NCBI GenBank assembly: GCA_003279535.1
Contig: QCHO01000001.1
Coordinates: forward strand, 26,375-90,374
DNA length: 64,000 nucleotides
Direction of reading: 5' to 3'
DNA from: Prochlorococcus sp. AG-402-C22
Lineage (GTDB): Bacteria > Cyanobacteriota > Cyanobacteriia > PCC-6307 > Cyanobiaceae
Shown: piece by piece, positions 9,670 through 18,809 of the stretch
Numbering within the stretch: the stretch's first letter is position 1
Layout of the letters: the number at the start of each line of letters is the position of its first letter
Notes under the pieces: generated by a model
Databases searched by the model: none
The model's input: only the letters and a program-made list of their open reading frames with translations
What the model was told of the DNA's origin: nothing
Program-made: the position numbers and the translations under genes

Positions 9670-10794
9670 ATGAATGTAGTTGCATCAGCTCCAGAGGGAC
9701 TTGAGAAATATTTAGCTGAAGAAATTTCAAATTTAGGCGGTTTTAATATTAATACTTATAAAAGATTTATTAATTTTGAATGTGATTTTGAAACTTTTTG
9801 CAGAGTTCATTTCTATTCCAGATTGGCTTTTCGTTTTTATAGAGAAATTGCAAGTTTTAATTGCTATGACAAGCAATCTTTATATGAGGGGGTTAGAGAC
9901 TCATTTGATTGGTTAGATTGGTTACACTATGAAAAAACGTTTAATGTTCAAGTAACTGGGAAAACATCTTCTTTAAGTCACACACATTTTACCGCTCTTG
10001 AAGTTAAAAATTCCATAACTGATTTGCAAAAGGCAGTATGGAATAAAAGATCAAATATTTCTTTAGATAATCCTGATTTTATAATACACCTTCATTTAAA
10101 TAATAATAAAGCAATTATCAGTCTTCAAAGTAGTGTTGAAAGCTTACACAAACGAGGCTATAGGCCAGCAGTTGGAAATGCACCATTAAAAGAAAATTTA
10201 GCTTCTGGATTGATAACTATGACTCAATGGAATGGCAAAGTACCCTTAATTGATATTATGTGCGGCTCGGGAACTTTTTTAGTTGAGGCAATTCACCAAT
10301 TGCTTGAAGTTCCTATAAATACTGATCAAGTATATCTTTTTGAAAATTGGTTGGACTTTAGGAAAGATATTTATCTTAATGAAAAAAATAAAGCAAAAAA
10401 CAAAATTATACATTATGAAAAATTACCAAAAATTATAGGTTGCGAAATTAATAAAAAGGTTTTTGATCAGGCGAAAGTAAACATATCATTGGCAGGGCTC
10501 GAAAATTATATTGAACTTATAAATAATGATTTTTTAGAAATCCAATTAAAATTTACATCTGGGATAATTATATGTAATCCTCCATATGGCAAAAAATTAG
10601 GCGATGAAAATGAATTAATTCATCTATATGAAAAAATGGGAATCTTCCTAAAGAAAAACTTTTCAGGTTGGGAATTTTGGCTGCTAAGTGGAAATCCAAA
10701 ACTAACAAAATATTTGAGAATGAAATCTTCATTGAAAATTCCTGTTAGTAATGGGGGGATTGATTGCAGATGGATAAAATATGTTATTAGGTAA
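9670..10794 (+). CDS. THUMP-domain SAM-dependent RNA methyltransferase (RlmL/YpsC-like)
   Basis: LHKRGYR, APLKENLA, DIMCGSGT, ICNPPYG; ATG 9670. Confidence 0.9.
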   Translation: MNVVASAPEGLEKYLAEEISNLGGFNINTYKRFINFECDFETFCRVHFYSRLAFRFYREIASFNCYDKQSLYEGVRDSFDWLDWLHYEKTFNVQVTGKTSSLSHTHFTALEVKNSITDLQKAVWNKRSNISLDNPDFIIHLHLNNNKAIISLQSSVESLHKRGYRPAVGNAPLKENLASGLITMTQWNGKVPLIDIMCGSGTFLVEAIHQLLEVPINTDQVYLFENWLDFRKDIYLNEKNKAKNKIIHYEKLPKIIGCEINKKVFDQAKVNISLAGLENYIELINNDFLEIQLKFTSGIIICNPPYGKKLGDENELIHLYEKMGIFLKKNFSGWEFWLLSGNPKLTKYLRMKSSLKIPVSNGGIDCRWIKYVIR

Positions 10795-10795
10795 T

Positions 10796-11182
10796 TTATT
10801 TTTTGCCTAAAACGGCTTTTGTTGTCTTCCCTAGACCCTCTAATGTTTGAGGAAGATAAGGTCCTTTGGCTAATTTTCCTCCAAGCTTCAAACTTAAACC
10901 TGCAAGAAATAAATCGATAAATATTATGAGTAATAAATTATATTCAGTATTCCAGTTATTATATTTTTTTAGAAAAAGATAAAAAATAATATGGATGCAA
11001 ATTAGGACTAATAATAGTAATGTGCTTCCAATTGCCAAAAATATGCCACCACTAATTAATCTTCTTTTTTCTCTATCTACTTCTTGAAGAGCTATTCTTA
11101 CATGCAAATCCATCACTGAACTTGCAATAGCTGAAATTCTTGACGCAGTATTTGCAAAGTTTTTATTTTTTGGTTTTTCCAT
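10796..11182 (-). CDS. YqjE/phage-holin-family two-TM membrane protein
   Basis: LHVRIALQE amphipathic segment, two TM helices, LPQTLEGL tail; ATG 11182 likely (alternative 11197). Confidence 0.7.
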   Translation of the reverse strand: MEKPKNKNFANTASRISAIASSVMDLHVRIALQEVDREKRRLISGGIFLAIGSTLLLLVLICIHIIFYLFLKKYNNWNTEYNLLLIIFIDLFLAGLSLKLGGKLAKGPYLPQTLEGLGKTTKAVLGKK

Positions 11183-11183
11183 A

Positions 11184-11645
11184 TTATTTTCTGCCACTGT
11201 TTAAGAGAGTTCCTATTAGTAAACCAATCCCAGCGGCAATAGCAATAGATAATATTGGTTTTTTTCTAATTGGACTTTCTATTTTTGGTCTAAGTGTATT
11301 GTTAAGTTCCTCTAATAACTCTTCTAATTGACTTTCGATAGGTTCAATTTTTTCTGATATCTCCCAATTGTTTTCTCGGATTGAATCAATGATTTCAAAT
11401 AGTTGGCGTTTTATTCCAATTGCTGAGGTTCCACTATGGCTCGCTATTACTTCAACTAAATCATCAATACTCCCTTTTGTGGCTTCAAGGGTTTGCTGAG
11501 CAATGGTAGGCCATTTTTCTTTTATTAAGGGTATTAAACTGTCAATTTTTTCAAGTAACCATTTCTCCGAAATAACTTCTTGATCAGGAAGTTCAGAGTT
11601 ATCTTTTTTTTCTTCTACTTCTTTGGGAGGATGGTAAGTCTCCAT
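11184..11645 (-). CDS. YqjD/ElaB (DUF883)-like tail-anchored protein
   Basis: Helical acidic body plus C-terminal IRKKPILSIAIAAGIGLLIGTLL motif. Confidence 0.7.
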   Translation of the reverse strand: METYHPPKEVEEKKDNSELPDQEVISEKWLLEKIDSLIPLIKEKWPTIAQQTLEATKGSIDDLVEVIASHSGTSAIGIKRQLFEIIDSIRENNWEISEKIEPIESQLEELLEELNNTLRPKIESPIRKKPILSIAIAAGIGLLIGTLLNSGRK

Positions 11646-11814
11646 TATTTAAGCTTATTTATTTTAAGATTAGACCCTATTTCCTAATTTGGAACCCTTA
11701 TCTAAAGATTTGTGCGATTTATATTAAATAAAAACATATAAAAGTTTATTTACATTTTATTTATCTTCTCTGATCTGCAAGAAGGTTTTGTTAAGCTATT
11801 ACTGAATTTATTAA

Positions 11815-11970
11815 ATGAGTTTAAATTTCATCATGGATATCACGTTTGCATCATTAATTTTTGCATCTCGCACAATCCCCACAGATATTGGATTAGTGGC
11901 GGCAGCTATTGCTGGAGCAGGAAGTTTGCTATTCATTGCTTTAAGATTTGTCCCTGATGCAAGTAATTAA
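11815..11970 (+). CDS. Small single-TM membrane protein (51 aa; alternative ATG 11833)
   Basis: Manual translation MSLNFIMDITFASLIFASRTIPTDIGLVAAAIAGAGSLLFIALRFVPDASN*; GC-richer than flanks. Confidence 0.65.
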   Translation: MSLNFIMDITFASLIFASRTIPTDIGLVAAAIAGAGSLLFIALRFVPDASN

Positions 11971-12055
11971 ATAACAGGAACTATCTTAAAAAAAGATATT
12001 TTATCTCAATTTTTTTGTTTTGAATTATAGATTTGATTTATTTATCAACTAGATA

Positions 12056-12418
12056 ATGAATAAATGGGTTTTGCTTGAACATAAAGTTTATTCTGATAAC
12101 TCTTTAGATATTCATTATGATTTTCTTGTTGAAAATGGAATAGATTGTTTAACTTGGAAATTTTTAAAACTTCCTTTATTGAATCAAGCTTCTATAGAAA
12201 TTTTTAAACAGCCAAATCATAGACTTGTATGGCTATCCAGAGTAGAACATGAACTTTCTGGCAATCGAGGCTTCGTAAAAAGGGTTGATCATGGAATATT
12301 TAAAAAAGTTTCTGATAATTTAGACTCAGAATGTTGTCGATTCATTTTGGACGGTCAACTTCTATATGGTTTGATTGAAATTTCGGGTAATTCTTGTAGA
12401 TTGAACAAAAATAATTAA
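12056..12418 (+). CDS. Hypothetical protein resembling a LigD 3'-phosphoesterase (PE) domain
   Basis: WVLLEH...HYDFLVE...TW...PNHRLVW...ELSGNRGFVKRVDHG pattern. Confidence 0.65.
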   Translation: MNKWVLLEHKVYSDNSLDIHYDFLVENGIDCLTWKFLKLPLLNQASIEIFKQPNHRLVWLSRVEHELSGNRGFVKRVDHGIFKKVSDNLDSECCRFILDGQLLYGLIEISGNSCRLNKNN

Positions 12419-12494
12419 TATTCATTTATAAATAATCGTAATATTTCTATTGAGAATTTTTGTAAATTAGTTATTCTTATTTAGCTATTGAGAC

Positions 12495-15400
12495 TTGAGA
12501 TTGGTACATATCAATCAGGTCGAGTTTGAAAATTTTAAATCTTTTGGGGGAAGCGTAAAAATTCCTCTTGAAGAAGGTTTTACAGTGGTTACGGGGCCTA
12601 ACGGTTCTGGGAAAAGTAATATTTTAGATGGAATTTTATTCTGTTTAGGTTTAGCTAATAGTAGAGGGATGAGGGCAGAAAGATTACCAGATCTAATAAA
12701 TAACTCTAAAGTTAAAGAGGGTAAGTCATCCGAAACATTTGTATCAGTAAGATTTGATATTAAAGATTGGTCTCCCAGAGAGGACCTTCAACCCTTGGAA
12801 CTAGAAGAGGAAGAAATTGCTCTTAATAAGGGTCAAAAAGAATGGGTAGTTTCTAGAAAACTAAGGCTTATGCCTGGCGGTTCTTATGCCTCGACTTACA
12901 CTTCTGATGGAAAACAATGTACCCTGCAACAAATACAGAGAATATTAAGAGATATTAGTGTTGATCCTGAGGGCAGCAATGTTGTTATGCAGGGTGATGT
13001 AACAAGAATAGTATCAATGAATAATAAGGAGAGGAGAAATCTTATTGATGAATTAGCTGGAGTTGCACTTTTTGATACAAGAATAGAACAAACTAATGCA
13101 AAATTAAATGATGTTTTCGAAAGACAAGAAAGGTGTGAAATTTTAGAAAATGAATTGCAATCTAGTAAAAATAAGCTTGAAAAAGAATGTGAAAAAGCTA
13201 AACGATATAAAGATTTAAAGGTAAAACTTCTTCAAATAATGGAACTAGAAAAAGTTCTTATTTTTGAAAAACAAGTTAAGCATGTTGAATCTATAGAGAA
13301 AAAAGAAACTGAAATTGAAAAAAATAAAATATTTTTTAATAAACAAAAAGAATCTATTAATAAAGAAATATTGGTCTTAGAAGGTGCTTTAAAAATTTTG
13401 GTTGCTGAACTTAAGGAAAAAGGAGAGGAAAAATTGATAAAAGTGAATTCTGATATTGGAAGTATTAATTCTAGCTTGAGAGAACTTGATAGGATATCAA
13501 GTTTGAATAAAGAAGAGGGCATTAAATTACAAAAGCAGAGAGATGAAATTGCAATATCTAAGAGGAACATTGAGTCAGAAAAGATGAGACAAGAAAATTT
13601 TGATGATAACTTTTTAAATAAATTGAACTTGCAAATTGATGATCTCACATCAAAACATAAATTATCCAGAAAAAAACTGTCTGATGCAGCTGGAGAATCT
13701 GGAGAATTCTCAAAACAAAGTATTAAATTAAATGCTGAGCTTGAAAGTATAAAAAATAAAATTAATCCTTTGGCAATAAATAAAAGGAAAGTTGAAGAAG
13801 AAATGATTCAAAACAATATTCAAAAAGATGCAATATCCTCTCAGATCGAAGCTTTAGTTTTAGAAAAGCAGAAACTTTTAGAGGGAAATCAAATAAAAAA
13901 CGAAACATCCGAAATAAATAAAAATAACTTGGCAAGTAATAGTTCTGAAATTAATTCTTTAAAAAATGAAATTGATTTATTAAATAAAACTAAAGTAAGG
14001 CTAAATAATGAGCAATTAAAGCTTGAAAAAGATTTATCTAGATTTGAAAGTAGAAAGGAAGCTTTAAATGAATCCAGAGGTTCATACGCTCTCAGAATTC
14101 TTTTAGAAGCAGGGTTAGAGGGTATACATGGTTATGTAGCTCAACTTGGCGAGGTCAGTGAGAAAAATCGATATGCATTAGAAATTGCTGCTGGAAATAG
14201 ACTCGGACAAATTGTTGTTGATAATGATCATATTGCAGCTAGAGCAATTGAAATTCTTAAAAAGAAGAAAGCGGGAAGATTAACTTTTTTGCCATTAAAT
14301 AGAATTAAAAGTCAAAAGAATAATTATGTAATTTCAAGATTTGAAAATAATAGAGAGTCTGGATTTATTGATAAAGCTATTAATCTTATTACTTTTGATA
14401 AAGTTTATTCAGATGTTTTTAAATATGTTTTTGGAGATACTTTGGTTTTTTCAGACTTAGCCTCAGCTAGGTTATCTAAACAAAAAAATAGGTTGGTTAC
14501 TTTAAGTGGTGAATTATTAGAAGCAAGTGGTGCTATTACAGGAGGTAGCAAGTTAAATAAAGATTTAGCTTATAGATTTGGAATAAATAATGATCTTGAT
14601 GAATCTAATCCTATAAAAGAAAGATTATTGGTTATTGAAGAAGCTTTAAAAGAGTCTAATAATGATTTGATCTTAAAAAATAATAGACTCAATAAATTAA
14701 ATTCTAACCGCAGTCAAATAATTGAAGATTGTGCTTCATTCAACAAAGAAATTGAAGTAAATAAAAATTCTCTTGAAGTTGTCATGAAAAGAATTGAAGA
14801 TCTTAAATCGAGATTAAATAAACTTGATAGTGTTAATAATTTATTAGTGGAGGATTTAGATCGTTTAGAAAATGAATTGAAGCCGCATCATGATCAGTTT
14901 GATCAATTGCAAATCATTCTTAAAGAGAATTATGAAAAAAATCAAAAATCATCATTAATAGCTTTTAATAACGATTTTAATAATCTTGATCAAAAACTTG
15001 AATTACTTATTAAGGAGAGGGATACATTACTAGATAAAAAAAATCAATTTGCTTTAAATAAAGAGCGTCTCAATAATTCATTAAAAATAACTTTATTACA
15101 AGAAAAAAACTTGCAGGAATCTATCAAAGAACTTGCAATTTCCCATAGTGAGTGGATAGAAAAAAGAGATGAATTTAAAAAAGAGCTTTTAGTTCTAGAT
15201 AATCAAAAAAATTCCCTAGAGAAGGATTTAGGTTTATTGAGAAGGAAAAGAGATGAATTAAACTCTTCAATTTCAAATAAAAGGCAAGAATATAACAACT
15301 TTCTATTGAAGCTTGAATATCTTGAAAGGGATATGAATTCTCTTAAAGAAGAGATGAGGAGTGAGAAAATAAAATTAGAAAATTATAAAAAAGATTTACC

Positions 15401-16085
15401 TAATCCTTCCCCGGAGTTTGGAGAATATGAAGAGATGAGTCTTGAATCTCTGCAATCAGAAATCTCTATCATAAATGCAAAACTACAAAGCTTAGAACCT
15501 GTGAATATGTTGGCTCTTGATGAATTAGAAGAATTAATTAAGAGATTAAATGGTTTACGTGAAAAATTGGAAATTCTATCTAATGAAAGATCTGAATTAT
15601 TGCTGAGAATAGAAACTGTATCTACTATGCGTCAAGAGGCTTTTATGCAAGCATTTGTGGAAGTTGATAAACACTTTAGAGAAATTTTTGCCAATTTATC
15701 AGATGGAGATGGTTTCCTTCAGCTTGAAAATCCTAATTCTCCTTTGGAAGGAGGCTTAACTTTAGTAGCGCATCCTAAGGGTAAAAATGTTAGAAGATTG
15801 GCCTCTATGTCAGGTGGTGAAAAATCATTAACCGCTTTAAGTTTTTTATTTGCTTTGCAAAAGTATAAACCTTCACCTTTTTATGCATTGGATGAGGTTG
15901 ATAGCTTTTTAGATGGTATTAATGTTGAAAGGTTGTCCAAATTAATATCTAATCAGTCATCAAATGCTCAATTTATAGTCGTAAGTCATAGAAGACCTAT
16001 GATAAGTGCGTCTGAACGAACAATTGGTGTTGCGCAAGCGAGAGGTGCTAATACTCAAGTTGTTGGGTTACCAAATGCTGCATAA
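12495..16085 (+). CDS. smc: Chromosome segregation protein SMC
   Basis: FENFKSF, GPNGSGKSN, long coiled coils, hinge GRLTFLPL, MSGGEK, FYALDEVD. Confidence 0.98.
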   Translation: MRLVHINQVEFENFKSFGGSVKIPLEEGFTVVTGPNGSGKSNILDGILFCLGLANSRGMRAERLPDLINNSKVKEGKSSETFVSVRFDIKDWSPREDLQPLELEEEEIALNKGQKEWVVSRKLRLMPGGSYASTYTSDGKQCTLQQIQRILRDISVDPEGSNVVMQGDVTRIVSMNNKERRNLIDELAGVALFDTRIEQTNAKLNDVFERQERCEILENELQSSKNKLEKECEKAKRYKDLKVKLLQIMELEKVLIFEKQVKHVESIEKKETEIEKNKIFFNKQKESINKEILVLEGALKILVAELKEKGEEKLIKVNSDIGSINSSLRELDRISSLNKEEGIKLQKQRDEIAISKRNIESEKMRQENFDDNFLNKLNLQIDDLTSKHKLSRKKLSDAAGESGEFSKQSIKLNAELESIKNKINPLAINKRKVEEEMIQNNIQKDAISSQIEALVLEKQKLLEGNQIKNETSEINKNNLASNSSEINSLKNEIDLLNKTKVRLNNEQLKLEKDLSRFESRKEALNESRGSYALRILLEAGLEGIHGYVAQLGEVSEKNRYALEIAAGNRLGQIVVDNDHIAARAIEILKKKKAGRLTFLPLNRIKSQKNNYVISRFENNRESGFIDKAINLITFDKVYSDVFKYVFGDTLVFSDLASARLSKQKNRLVTLSGELLEASGAITGGSKLNKDLAYRFGINNDLDESNPIKERLLVIEEALKESNNDLILKNNRLNKLNSNRSQIIEDCASFNKEIEVNKNSLEVVMKRIEDLKSRLNKLDSVNNLLVEDLDRLENELKPHHDQFDQLQIILKENYEKNQKSSLIAFNNDFNNLDQKLELLIKERDTLLDKKNQFALNKERLNNSLKITLLQEKNLQESIKELAISHSEWIEKRDEFKKELLVLDNQKNSLEKDLGLLRRKRDELNSSISNKRQEYNNFLLKLEYLERDMNSLKEEMRSEKIKLENYKKDLPNPSPEFGEYEEMSLESLQSEISIINAKLQSLEPVNMLALDELEELIKRLNGLREKLEILSNERSELLLRIETVSTMRQEAFMQAFVEVDKHFREIFANLSDGDGFLQLENPNSPLEGGLTLVAHPKGKNVRRLASMSGGEKSLTALSFLFALQKYKPSPFYALDEVDSFLDGINVERLSKLISNQSSNAQFIVVSHRRPMISASERTIGVAQARGANTQVVGLPNAA

Positions 16086-16130
16086 ACACACTTTTTTAAA
16101 TTTATACGTCAGAATGAAAAAAAGGTATTT

Positions 16131-17171
16131 ATGAGTTTGTCTAACACATCTGCGAATAAGAATCGTCCTAATTCTGTTCCAAGCGAACGGTTATGGTTAA
16201 GGTCAGAATTGATGGGAACACAAGTTATAACTACTGATACTGGGAGGCGTTTAGGTGTAGTCGGCGAGGTCGTTGTTGATATTGATAGAAGAGAAGTAGT
16301 TGCTTTGGGTCTTAGAGATAATCCACTTACAAGATTTTTGCCGGGCTTACCAAAATGGATGCCCTTAGAAAGTATAAAGCAAGTTGGAGATGTCATATTA
16401 GTGGACTCTCTAGATTCATTGAGTGAAGGTTTTTCCCCTGAAAGATATGGGAAGGTAATTAATTGTCAGGTGATTACAGAATCTGGACAACTTTTGGGAA
16501 GGGTTCTAGGTTTTTCTTTTGATATTGAGACTGGGGATTTGATTTCTCTTGTAATGGGTGCAGTTGGTGTTCCCCTTTTAGGTGAGGGAGTTCTAAGTAC
16601 TTGGGAAATTCCTGTTGAGGAAATAGTGAGTAGTGGTACGGATAGGATTATTGTTTATGAAGGTGCTGAAGAGAAATTGAACCAATTAAGTAGTGGACTA
16701 CTTGAGAAACTCGGCGTAGGAGGTTCTTCATGGGACGAAAGGGAATTAAATGGATACTCAGCAAATCTTGTACCAGTTGAGAATCAGTTACTTTCTGGTT
16801 TGGAATCAGAAGAACAAAATAATTTAGTTGAAGAATACGAAGAAGATGTTTTCGAGCAAGATGATTATGAAGATGATGAAGAACTTGAATATGTTGAAAT
16901 AGAGAATTCTTCTGAAGAAATTAATAATAGAAAAAAGCTATACATGGAGAATGATTTTTCTAGTCAGAACGAGAATCTAAATAACGATAATCAAAAAGAT
17001 GAAGAAAAAAATATTGATCTTGAACAAAAGCAAAAATCCAATACTAATTTGGCATCGAAAAGACCAATTCAAAATGCAATAGAAACTTTAGATATTGAAC
17101 CAGTAGATGAAAAAAATTTAGTTAAAGATAATAAAAAATCAGAAAACTTTGAAATTGATGATCCATGGTAA
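16131..17171 (+). CDS. PRC-barrel domain protein with acidic disordered tail
   Basis: Two repeats (GTQVITTDTGRRLGVV; NCQVITESGQLLGRV); E/D/N-rich tail ending DDPW. Confidence 0.85.
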   Translation: MSLSNTSANKNRPNSVPSERLWLRSELMGTQVITTDTGRRLGVVGEVVVDIDRREVVALGLRDNPLTRFLPGLPKWMPLESIKQVGDVILVDSLDSLSEGFSPERYGKVINCQVITESGQLLGRVLGFSFDIETGDLISLVMGAVGVPLLGEGVLSTWEIPVEEIVSSGTDRIIVYEGAEEKLNQLSSGLLEKLGVGGSSWDERELNGYSANLVPVENQLLSGLESEEQNNLVEEYEEDVFEQDDYEDDEELEYVEIENSSEEINNRKKLYMENDFSSQNENLNNDNQKDEEKNIDLEQKQKSNTNLASKRPIQNAIETLDIEPVDEKNLVKDNKKSENFEIDDPW

Positions 17172-18440
17172 TTATGAGAGTTTTTTTAATGAATTAAAAA
17201 TTATATAAGCAAGTTTCTCGGCAGCACCTTTACTTCCTCTTTCTTTAAGTAAATTATCACTAATGCTTTTTAATTGATTCTTGTTTTTAATTAGAAATAG
17301 TACTTCTTTTGCAATTTCTCTAGGTGAAATATTTCCTATCCTTTCTGGGACAATAAATTTCTTTGCTTTAATATTTGGCCAAGCAAAAAATCTCTTTTTT
17401 TTAAAATATAAAGATTTAAATATAAAAGTTAGAAATCTATTTATAAATGAAATCTTTCCAATTACTCCAAAAATACCATCCCAAGCATTCATCATATTTA
17501 AATGTTGAGTTGGTAGAACAACTAACATTGGAAGAGAAATTGCTGCTAATTCTGCAGTGTTTGCTCCCACAGTTGTAATCGCTAGATCACATTCTTTTAA
17601 TATTTCATAGCATGGATTTTTCTTAATTAGATAAATTTTTGTATTGTTTGATGTTTCAATAACAGAATCAAAACAGGAGTCTTTAATGTTTTTAATTGTT
17701 TTGATTTTTGATGAGTAATATTTTGCAATAGGATTTCCATCACTTTGGAAGAATAAATATTCACTTTTATTGGTGGTTGGGGCAATGGGGATTATAAAAT
17801 TTATATTTTGATTTTTTCTAGCTATATGATCTGCTAATTCTAAGAAAAATGGAATTCCAATAGAGAGCTTGGCTTTTTTAGAGCCAGGCAATAATGCAAG
17901 GTATTTTTTTTCTTTATTTTTTAATGATATTTCACTATTTAGTTTGATATCTGCCATTAAATCACCTATTACTTGACATTTATTTTTATGTCTTTTAGGG
18001 ATTAATTCTTTTACTTTTTTATTCATAGCTGCGATTTCATCTGTCCATTGAGGCCATCGTGAAATCCATTCAGCATACGTGATGTTTATATAACCTAATC
18101 TTTTAGCTAGTAAAATGCTCCAAAATTGATCTCCCCCAAGGAAGATAACTATACCTTTTTTTGGCCAATGAGCAAAAGAACATGGATTTATTAATAATTT
18201 CCAAAAACAGTTTGATTTTGTAATTAATTCGAATTTATTCCATGAATTTGCAACTGTGTATTCTTTACCAGTCGCATTTGGACAAGGAACCAGGATTAAC
18301 CTAAGTATGAAATCTATTTTATCGTTATCACAAAAGGATTTATTTATTTTGTAAAGCTCTTCTACTACAGGTCTTACCCATGTAGCTAATTCGCCAGGAC
18401 CATTAGAAACTATAACTACTGCAAGTGATTTTTTTTTCAT
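17172..18440 (-). CDS. Lipid-A-disaccharide synthase (LpxB)-like glycosyltransferase
   Basis: SNGPGE, ALLPGSK, GANTAELA, FAWPN. Start ATG 18440; the longer track ORF reads through the tRNA. Confidence 0.8.
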   Translation of the reverse strand: MKKKSLAVVIVSNGPGELATWVRPVVEELYKINKSFCDNDKIDFILRLILVPCPNATGKEYTVANSWNKFELITKSNCFWKLLINPCSFAHWPKKGIVIFLGGDQFWSILLAKRLGYINITYAEWISRWPQWTDEIAAMNKKVKELIPKRHKNKCQVIGDLMADIKLNSEISLKNKEKKYLALLPGSKKAKLSIGIPFFLELADHIARKNQNINFIIPIAPTTNKSEYLFFQSDGNPIAKYYSSKIKTIKNIKDSCFDSVIETSNNTKIYLIKKNPCYEILKECDLAITTVGANTAELAAISLPMLVVLPTQHLNMMNAWDGIFGVIGKISFINRFLTFIFKSLYFKKKRFFAWPNIKAKKFIVPERIGNISPREIAKEVLFLIKNKNQLKSISDNLLKERGSKGAAEKLAYIIFNSLKKLS

Positions 18441-18465
18441 TGCAGTTAAACCAGAATACATTAAA

Positions 18466-18547
18466 TGCGGACGGCGAGACTTGAACTCGCAAGGCCTAAG
18501 CCACACGCTCCTTAGACGTGCGCGTCTACCAATTCCGCCACGTCCGC
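18466..18547 (-). tRNA. tRNA-Leu (anticodon AAG)
   Basis: GCGGACGTGGCGGAATTGGTAGACGCG-CACGT-CT AAG GA-GCGTG-long variable arm-GCGAGTTCAAGTCTCGC-CGTCCGCA; no encoded CCA. Confidence 0.96.
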
Positions 18548-18809
18548 AAAGGGTTTTCGGCAACCGGCGGCTGTCTAAACCTTAAAATTATCATACATTA
18601 TTGACTGAAATAAGGATGTAGTTCCAAGAGAGATTTTTTGAATGTTATGAATTATTTTTCTATTGCATAAAACAAATATTTATACATATATAACGGTCTA
18701 GGTTGTATTGTAAAAAATGTCCTCTGATTACTAAAAAAATTCTGTTGATTATTTTGGCAAAGAATTTTTTATTTTAAGTCATTTTCACTCCTTCAATTTA
18801 ATTTTCATA

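Noticed and set aside
10796-11182. Holin-family gene as a prophage remnant
   Set aside because: No endolysin, structural or integrase genes; the context matches the cellular yqjDE-type pair.
18441-18563. N-terminal extension of the 17172..18563 track ORF (MPKTLCGRGGIGRRARLR...)
   Set aside because: It is the tRNA-Leu sequence read in frame; the real start is ATG 18440.
9340-18600. Integrative element at ssrA or tRNA-Leu
   Set aside because: No integrase or recombinase and no duplicated RNA-gene 3' fragment (att site) seen by eye.
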